DNA from: Candidatus Gastranaerophilales bacterium
GTDB taxonomy: Bacteria; Cyanobacteriota; Vampirovibrionia; Gastranaerophilales; Gastranaerophilaceae
NCBI GenBank assembly: GCA_944323095.1
Contig: CALURE010000001.1
Span: 1-54,656, forward strand
Reading direction: 5' to 3'
DNA length: 54,656 bases
Below are positions 48,279 through 54,656 of the stretch, in pieces. Within the stretch, counting starts at the first letter, position 1. Each line of letters starts with the position of its first letter. The translations under genes and the position numbers were made by a program. The notes beneath the pieces were generated by a model. It saw only the letters and a list, made by a program, of their open reading frames with translations. It ran no database searches and was not told where the DNA came from.

Positions 48279-49298
48279 TTTGTCGAGAATTGTTTTAATA
48301 CTTATATGTTCTTTTTTCACTATTAAAATTGTTATTGCTCCGGATATAATAAACAGAGGAACAGCAATAATAGGTCTTACTGTAAGCCATGGAATTGTAA
48401 TAAGAAAGATTGAAGTGAACAGTGAGCCGAATATTGATAGAATAATTAATTTTGGAGTTTTAGGTCTTGCAAAATAAACTATTCCGCCAAGCATACATAT
48501 AAATCCTATAATTCTTACCAATGTAAGTAATTGTTGTGTTCTGTCACGAAAAGTTTTTTTAACCATTTCATAAGTTGTAACACTGCCTTGCATAGCCATA
48601 TTAATTGAATATTTTTTATTTTTAAAGGTATATAGAAGGTTATTATACTGGGCAGCTATAATTGAAACTTCTGACCCCGGAACTACATATTTGTATGAAA
48701 TTCTGTAATCACCGATTTCCGGAGAATTGTAATCATTGCCGCTGTAATAATATTCTGACTGTATTTTGTATCCTTGACGCTCAGGCAAGGTATAAAGTGT
48801 GGTTGAAGGTATTATTCTTCTAATTACGGAATTATCTAATATAAAATCCCCGACAGAAACTTTATTTGCTCTGATAGTTTTATTTTTCATTTTCATTTTT
48901 GGATTATAGTAGGCATTAGAATGGTTTATTTCTAATTCTCTGTCCGACCAGACTTTAGTGTAATTATAGCGTCTTGAGCCGGAGCTTCTACCTGATCTGC
49001 GGTGTTCTTTCCACTGATACATCTCAACTTTTCTTTTTAATACAGGGGTGTTTAAAGATATATTTCCGTCGTTTAAGATTTCATCTGTTTTAATTTTGCC
49101 CGTATAATGAACTAATTTTTTATTATTTTCAGGAGATAAATTGTATATATTTATAACATTTTTTTCAATATAATCAGCTTTTTTTGTAGAATCTGCAAAA
49201 ATGTATTCAATATGGCACAGCAGGTAAAATGCAGTACCAAAAAATATAACAGCGCATATTATATTTACCAGTACATTACTAAATCTTTTTTTTCTCAT
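48264..49298 (-). CDS. TMEM43 (DUF1625)-family membrane protein
   Basis: N-terminal TM; LVHYTG, LKRKVEMYQWKE, YTKVWS, PEIGDYRISY; three C-terminal TMs. Confidence 0.75.
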   Translation of the reverse strand: MRKKRFSNVLVNIICAVIFFGTAFYLLCHIEYIFADSTKKADYIEKNVINIYNLSPENNKKLVHYTGKIKTDEILNDGNISLNTPVLKRKVEMYQWKEHRRSGRSSGSRRYNYTKVWSDRELEINHSNAYYNPKMKMKNKTIRANKVSVGDFILDNSVIRRIIPSTTLYTLPERQGYKIQSEYYYSGNDYNSPEIGDYRISYKYVVPGSEVSIIAAQYNNLLYTFKNKKYSINMAMQGSVTTYEMVKKTFRDRTQQLLTLVRIIGFICMLGGIVYFARPKTPKLIILSIFGSLFTSIFLITIPWLTVRPIIAVPLFIISGAITILIVKKEHISIKTILDKLQNA

Positions 49299-49324
49299 TT
49301 ATGGTCTCCAGCTCTTATTATATA

Positions 49325-49382
49325 TTCTACATGCAGATGTCGGCGGATAATTTCAAGAAGTTTTTCATTTGAAAAGCATTTC
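49325..49382. repeat. 58-bp ectopic copy of an internal yqeK segment (18931-18988)
   Basis: 56/58 identity in the same orientation; both differences are synonymous in the yqeK frame. Confidence 0.9.
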
Positions 49383-49385
49383 TAA

Positions 49386-49712
49386 TTAGTCAATTAATCC
49401 AAGATCTCTAAGAAATCGTGTATTGTCTGATAGTTCCAACAATTTTTCGTCATCAGATGCATCTATAACACCTTTAGAAAACAATTCATCCATAATTCTA
49501 TTATGTGAGTCATTTTCAGGATTTGAAAGGGCAAGTTTTGTAAACTTTTTTATATCTGATTTTCGTTCATACATGTTAACGGCAGTTCTTGTAAGTTTAT
49601 CAAGAAAAACACTTTTCCTTCCATCAAAATCTACATCCAAAGGATTTATAGCGGCGCTGTTCTTATTATTTTTCTCAATATTTAATTTTTGTGCCAATTT
49701 CTTAAACATCAT
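49386..49712 (-). CDS. Hypothetical protein (108 aa)
   Basis: ORF with upstream AGGGG; no recognised family. Confidence 0.65.
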   Translation of the reverse strand: MMFKKLAQKLNIEKNNKNSAAINPLDVDFDGRKSVFLDKLTRTAVNMYERKSDIKKFTKLALSNPENDSHNRIMDELFSKGVIDASDDEKLLELSDNTRFLRDLGLID

Positions 49713-49870
49713 ATTTACACATTATCCCCTTATTATATATTATACACCACTTGTCAATAAAATCCATAATTCTTAACAATTCTATAAGAATAATTTAGTA
49801 TTGATTAAAACTTATATTTAAATTAAAATACAGACAGTGTAAAGGCAAATATCTGTAAAGGTGGTAAAAG

Positions 49871-51136
49871 ATGCTTGATATTAAATTAATAAGAGAGTGC
49901 CCTGATAAGGTTAATGAATTATTAAAGAGGAGAAATCCCGAACTGTCTGTTGATGAAGTATTAAAGATAGACGAGGAAAGACGAAAAATTCAAACTCAGG
50001 CTGATGAATTACGCGCGAAAAGAAAAAATGATTCGCAAAAAATCGGTATGATGAAAAAAAACGGCGAAAACACAGATACTATTCAGGAAGAAGTCAGAAG
50101 GCTCGGAGATGATATAAAAGCGTTAGAAGAAAAACTGTCTGAATTAGACAATAAACAACGTGATATTTTACTTCATACTCCGAATATTCCTGACGAAACA
50201 ACTCCTATAGGCCTTTCAGAAGATGATAATGTTGAAGTTTACAAATGGGGTGAACCACGGAAGTTTGATTTTGAGTTCAAAGCTCACTGGGATTTATGCG
50301 AAGAAAAAGGGCTTGTTGATTTTGAACGCGGTGTTAAAATTTCTCAGAGCAGATTTATTCTTTATAGGGGGAAAGGTGCAAAGTTAGAAAGAGCCATTAT
50401 AAACTTTTTCCTTGATTATCATACAGGAGAGCAAGGGTATGAAGAAATATTGCCGCCTTTTATGGCAAATGCTGCAACTATGACAGGTACAGGTCAGCTT
50501 CCTAAATTTAAAGAAGACATGTATAAATGTGTGGATGAAGATTTGTATTTAATTCCGACTGCAGAAGTTCCGGTTACAAATATTTATGCAGGAGAAATTT
50601 TATCGGAAGATGATTTGCCAAAATATATGACTGCATATACACCCTGTTTCAGGCGGGAATCCGGTTCTGCCGGCAAAGATACAAGAGGACTTATAAGAGT
50701 TCATCAGTTTAATAAAGTCGAGCTTGTTAAACTCTGCACTCCTGAAACAAGCAAAGATGAACATGAAAAATTAACGGAAGATGCTGAAAAAATGCTTCAA
50801 TTACTGGAGCTTCCTTATCGCAGAGAAGCATTGTCAACCGGTGACATAGGATTTTCTGCCAATAAATGCTGGGATTTGGAGGTTTGGATGCCTTCTTACG
50901 GGACTTACAAAGAAATTTCAAGCTGTTCTAACTTTGGAGATTATCAGGCAAGACGTGCGAATATAAGATACCGTGAAAAAGCTACGGGCAAAACTCGTTT
51001 TGTTCATACAATAAATGGTTCCGGTCTTGCTGTTGGACGAACATTTGCCGCAATTGTTGAAAATTACCAGCAGGCAGATGGAACAATTGTTATTCCGGAA
51101 GTTCTTAGAAAATACACAGGATTTGACAAAATATAA
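49871..51136 (+). CDS. serS: Serine--tRNA ligase
   Basis: [48 protein letters not shown]. Confidence 0.98.
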   Translation: MLDIKLIRECPDKVNELLKRRNPELSVDEVLKIDEERRKIQTQADELRAKRKNDSQKIGMMKKNGENTDTIQEEVRRLGDDIKALEEKLSELDNKQRDILLHTPNIPDETTPIGLSEDDNVEVYKWGEPRKFDFEFKAHWDLCEEKGLVDFERGVKISQSRFILYRGKGAKLERAIINFFLDYHTGEQGYEEILPPFMANAATMTGTGQLPKFKEDMYKCVDEDLYLIPTAEVPVTNIYAGEILSEDDLPKYMTAYTPCFRRESGSAGKDTRGLIRVHQFNKVELVKLCTPETSKDEHEKLTEDAEKMLQLLELPYRREALSTGDIGFSANKCWDLEVWMPSYGTYKEISSCSNFGDYQARRANIRYREKATGKTRFVHTINGSGLAVGRTFAAIVENYQQADGTIVIPEVLRKYTGFDKI

Positions 51137-51138
51137 AT

Positions 51139-51167
51139 AAAAAGCTCCTCAAAATGGAGCTTTTTTT
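51139..51167. terminator. Bidirectional terminator
   Basis: AAAAAGCTCC-N7-GGAGCTTTTT between convergent genes. Confidence 0.8.
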
Positions 51168-51570
51168 ATTTTAATTTATCAAATACATCACTGTTTTCGA
51201 TAGCATCTGCTTTTTTAAGTTTTTTAGCCTGTTTGTCTGCTATCTTCGCCAGTCTTTCAAGAAATCCTACAGGCCCGAGAAATAATTTTGTTAAAGCATT
51301 TTCAGTGTGCTGCTTAAAGTATTTATTGTCATATTTGCCGTTTTTTACAGAACAGGAATTTGCGCAAATCGATTTTCCGTCAGGCATGATAATTAAATTT
51401 ATGTCAATACGATCATTTTTTTCCTGTGCTTCAATTACTTTTTTTAGTCTGTTTAGGTCTTTAAAACGTTTAATTCGTGTCTGCAATGCGTAATTTACAA
51501 ATTCGTTAGAATGTATTGCCATCCCGAAATTTGGTTTGCTCTGTGTTTGTGTAGTTGAATTTATGTGCAT
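51166..51570 (-). CDS. Basic hypothetical protein with MxI...PNFG N-terminus (134 aa)
   Basis: AAGGAG RBS places the start at ATG 51570 (MHINSTTQTQSKPNFGMA). Confidence 0.7.
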   Translation of the reverse strand: MHINSTTQTQSKPNFGMAIHSNEFVNYALQTRIKRFKDLNRLKKVIEAQEKNDRIDINLIIMPDGKSICANSCSVKNGKYDNKYFKQHTENALTKLFLGPVGFLERLAKIADKQAKKLKKADAIENSDVFDKLK

Positions 51571-51649
51571 ATTTTCTCCTTTATTTAACATTTAAAACCT
51601 GTAAAAATATTTTTTGCTATTTACAAAATTTTTATGTACAATTTCTAAT

Positions 51650-52216
51650 ATGGATAATTTTAATCCTCAAAAGTGTTATATAGAAAAAGCTGATAATACT
51701 CGGGTGACTGAAAATTGGGTGAATGTAAATTATTATTTTCAGTTGATTTCATCTTTTGTATATCTGGTTATTCTGATTTATTTCTTTTTTTCTTTAAAAA
51801 CCTATTTTGCAGGCACTGTTGGGGCAAATGGTTTTCGGTATTTTTTATTATACTGGCTAGGATGGCCAAATTTAAAAATATTTATAAATGTATTGTTCGC
51901 GCCTAAATTAAAATTCGACAGTTCAAACAGATTAATTTCAGTAAATAACAAGCCTTTTTCTATTGATAGAGCAAAAACAATTGATATAGTTGAAATTTGT
52001 CCGTATCACTATTCATGGCGCTGGGGACAGACTCCTGCATTTAATTTATCTGGATATAAAAAATCAGTAATCCAGATTGGCACGGATTACGGAGTTGTAA
52101 ATTTTTATGTTTGTTCTAAAAAAAGTTTAAATACTTTTATCGCTTTTCTTGAAAAATTTAATAAAAACTATTCATACAGTTATGATGAAAGAAGGCTGTG
52201 GTTTACATTTTATTAA
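51650..52216 (+). CDS. Hypothetical membrane protein (2 TM + beta-rich C-terminal domain)
   Basis: TTGCTA-N17-TACAAT at 51614-51642 suggests a start at ATG 51650. Confidence 0.65.
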   Translation: MDNFNPQKCYIEKADNTRVTENWVNVNYYFQLISSFVYLVILIYFFFSLKTYFAGTVGANGFRYFLLYWLGWPNLKIFINVLFAPKLKFDSSNRLISVNNKPFSIDRAKTIDIVEICPYHYSWRWGQTPAFNLSGYKKSVIQIGTDYGVVNFYVCSKKSLNTFIAFLEKFNKNYSYSYDERRLWFTFY

Positions 52217-52284
52217 ATATTAATAAAAGATTTTAAAATTTTTTGTTTTGTGGCATAATATTTAATGTATTCAGAGGAGTCTTA

Positions 52285-54570
52285 ATGTACGAATTTCCTT
52301 TTGAGCTGGATGATTTTCAAAAAGATGCCTGTCAGTATATTGATGAGGGCAGAAGTGTTGTGGTTTGTGCACCTACGGGTGCGGGAAAAACAGTGATTGC
52401 ACAGCACGCAATTCATCTGGCATTGAAAGAAGGGACAAGAATTTTTTATACTACACCTTTAAAAGCTCTTTCAAATCAGAAATACTACGATTTTGGCGAA
52501 AAATACGGTCATGAAAAAGTCGGGCTTTTGACTGGTGACACTTCAATTAACAGAAATGCTCAGATTGTTGTTATGACAACTGAAGTTTTTAGAAATATGC
52601 TTTACGGCACAAATTTTGGGGCTGTCGCCGATAATTTAAAAGATGTAAAATATGTTGTTTTAGATGAAGTTCATTATATGAACGATGAGCAGCGCGGGAC
52701 TGTTTGGGAGGAAAGTATTATATATTGCCCTGTAAATGTACAAATTATTGCTCTTTCTGCAACTGTTGCAAATGCACAGGAACTGACCGATTGGATTAAT
52801 ACAGTGCATTCAAAAACGGAACTTGTAAACACTGATTTCAGACCTGTTCCGCTAAGATATTTCTATTTTGACAGTTCACAGCCTACAAAATTGCTTCCTC
52901 TGCTAACACCAAGCGGTCAGCTAAATAAAAAAATCAAGCCTGAAAAACGTGTTTTCGGACGAAAACTCCAGAATAAAAAATCGTATGTAAAAGAGATTAT
53001 CAAAAATTTGCAGGAAAATGATATGCTTCCTGCTATATATTTTACATTTTCCCGTAAAAAATGTGATGAACAAATGGAAAAATGTGCTTCATTAGACCTT
53101 GTTACAAAGGGAGAGCGAGCTCAAATTCAGCAATTTATTGATGAATATATAGCGGAAAATCCTCATCTTTATAACAATAAGCATATTGAATATCTTCTTT
53201 GCGGTGTTGCCTCACACCATGCCGGACTTTTGCCGTCATGGAAAATTCTCGTTGAAAAACTTTTTCAACAAGGTTTGATAAAAGTTGTATTTGCTACAGA
53301 AACACTTGCTGCCGGCATTAATATGCCTGCACGTTCTACAGTTATAAGTTCAACAAGTAAACGTACAGACAGTGGCCACAGAATGCTTACAGCAAGCGAA
53401 TTTTTGCAGATGTCAGGACGTGCCGGAAGACGCGGAATGGATGATGTGGGCTATGTTACAATTGTCGGAACACAGTTTCAATCGCCGGAAGAAGTCGCAG
53501 AACTCGTGTTGAGTGATGCAAATCCGCTTGAAAGTCGTTTTTCACCAAGTTATTCAATGGTTCTTAATTTGTTGCAGCGATTTTCACTGGAAGAGGCTAA
53601 AGAACTTATTTTAAAAAGTTTTGGCTACTTTTCTTCCGGAACACGTCTGCATCCGCTTTTAAAGCTTCAAGAGCAGATAAAATCTGAAATGAAAGAAAGA
53701 GAATTTGTTTGCCCGTTTAAGCTTTGTGATAATGAACTGCATGAATACGATAAAATTCGTCATATTTATGTACAGAACAGGCAGACTTACAAGAAAATAT
53801 GCAAGCAGGAGCGCTCTAAAAATCGTCCGTTGTCTGCAGAAGCAGTTAAATTCGGGAAAGAAACAAAAGCAATGCTTGAAAAAATGCATTCGTTTAAATG
53901 TGACAACTGCAAATTGTACAAAAAACATTCTAAAAATATAGAAGTTTTGACACGTTTTTCTATACGCTTAACTAAATTAGATAAAGAGATTGAAAAGCAG
54001 CGTGATATATTCTGGAACAAATTTTTAGCTCATAGAAATGTGTTGATTGATATGGGTTATTTGAAAGATGATTATCCTACTGCTCAAGGGATGACAACTT
54101 CACAAATACGTTCGGAAAATGAATTATTTATTGCAGAAATTATTTTTTCTAATGTTCTGGATAATTTATCACCTGCTGAGCTTGCATCTGTAATTTGTGC
54201 TATTACAACAGAAGATTTGCGTATTGACATTCCATATCTGCCAATTTCCCAGACAGTAAGGAAAACTCTAAACCAGATAAGGAATATCAGGCGCAAACTG
54301 GAAAAAATACAAAACAGACATTCAGTTGAAGCTCCTATGTATATAAATCCGTATTTTTCTGCGTTGATTGAACTCTGGGTAAACGGTGCTGAATGGGAAA
54401 CTATAACAGAGCAAATTGATATGGGCGAAGGCGATATAGTTCGTTCATTTAAGCGGGTTGTTGATGTTTTGCGTCAGTTCACAACAATAGATAATGTTCC
54501 GGAATCTCTGGTATTTACAGCGCGTGAAGCTATTGATAAAATCCAGCGCGAACCTGTTAATATTGATTAG
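52285..54570 (+). CDS. helY: Ski2/HelY-like DEVH-box RNA helicase with DSHCT domain
   Basis: APTGAGKT, PLKALSNQK, DEVHY, LSAT, QMSGRAGRRG, EGDIVR; GAGGAG RBS before ATG 52285. Confidence 0.85.
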   Translation: MYEFPFELDDFQKDACQYIDEGRSVVVCAPTGAGKTVIAQHAIHLALKEGTRIFYTTPLKALSNQKYYDFGEKYGHEKVGLLTGDTSINRNAQIVVMTTEVFRNMLYGTNFGAVADNLKDVKYVVLDEVHYMNDEQRGTVWEESIIYCPVNVQIIALSATVANAQELTDWINTVHSKTELVNTDFRPVPLRYFYFDSSQPTKLLPLLTPSGQLNKKIKPEKRVFGRKLQNKKSYVKEIIKNLQENDMLPAIYFTFSRKKCDEQMEKCASLDLVTKGERAQIQQFIDEYIAENPHLYNNKHIEYLLCGVASHHAGLLPSWKILVEKLFQQGLIKVVFATETLAAGINMPARSTVISSTSKRTDSGHRMLTASEFLQMSGRAGRRGMDDVGYVTIVGTQFQSPEEVAELVLSDANPLESRFSPSYSMVLNLLQRFSLEEAKELILKSFGYFSSGTRLHPLLKLQEQIKSEMKEREFVCPFKLCDNELHEYDKIRHIYVQNRQTYKKICKQERSKNRPLSAEAVKFGKETKAMLEKMHSFKCDNCKLYKKHSKNIEVLTRFSIRLTKLDKEIEKQRDIFWNKFLAHRNVLIDMGYLKDDYPTAQGMTTSQIRSENELFIAEIIFSNVLDNLSPAELASVICAITTEDLRIDIPYLPISQTVRKTLNQIRNIRRKLEKIQNRHSVEAPMYINPYFSALIELWVNGAEWETITEQIDMGEGDIVRSFKRVVDVLRQFTTIDNVPESLVFTAREAIDKIQREPVNID

Positions 54571-54627
54571 TATTTAAGCATATGTTATAATAAACATGTA
54601 TATCAAAACACGAAAGGAGAGTATTAG

Positions 54628-54656
54628 ATGAAAAGTGTTGATTTCAGTACGTGTTG
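54628..54656 (+). CDS. 5' start of a gene truncated by the window end
   Basis: TTGATT-N17-TATAAT (54563-54591), AAGGAG RBS, ATG 54628. Confidence 0.55.

Noticed and set aside
49325-49382. yqeK duplicate as a DGR template/variable repeat pair
   Set aside because: No reverse transcriptase in the window, the match is mid-gene, and only one of the two differences is at an adenine in any single template orientation when read from yqeK; too little signal
49727-49757. TTGACA and TATAAT upstream of gene 49712 as a consensus promoter
   Set aside because: Spacing is 7 or 14 nt, not 16-18
49713-49870. T-box leader before serS
   Set aside because: Region is short and AT-rich with no T-box consensus or terminator

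Overview
AT-rich bacterial chromosome segment, most likely Vampirovibrionia/Melainabacteria (Gastranaerophilales-like). That assignment is inferred from the FTLSEVL pilin family, the glycosyltransferase 'IFS-x-KN...ITI-x-G' module and the gene content. The window starts with the end of a sugar-nucleotide cluster (epimerase, HpcH-type aldolase, HAD, TPP enzyme) converging on a glf/GT2/RgpF/WbsX polysaccharide cluster and two pilin-like genes. Housekeeping genes follow (dnaJ-like, queE, def, fmt, aroH, yqeK, nadD, uvrB, hpt, tilS, ruvX, lgt, pyk, icd-like, serS, helY-like), plus a 6S RNA and many lineage-specific hypotheticals. Notable findings: (1) a bacterial protein with the conserved motifs of eukaryotic MTFP1/MTP18; (2) three membrane-type, low-complexity-tailed proteins sharing an HLR1-like direct repeat plus a GCAAT-N15/16-TTTTTAT upstream motif; (3) three copies of a ~160-177 bp MITE with target-site duplications that carry REP-like hairpins; (4) several apparent pseudo-enzymes (HerA-like fused to a PcrA-type Tudor domain, PurD-like, TadA-like, WbsX); (5) an operon with stand-alone Clp N-domain and ClpX zinc-finger proteins; (6) a 58-bp ectopic yqeK fragment with only synonymous changes; (7) several apparently leaderless genes, two unannotated small ORFs and a candidate anti-SD sRNA. 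No CRISPR array, tRNA, rRNA, transposase or phage gene was seen. All family calls come from visual motif recognition; no searches were run.
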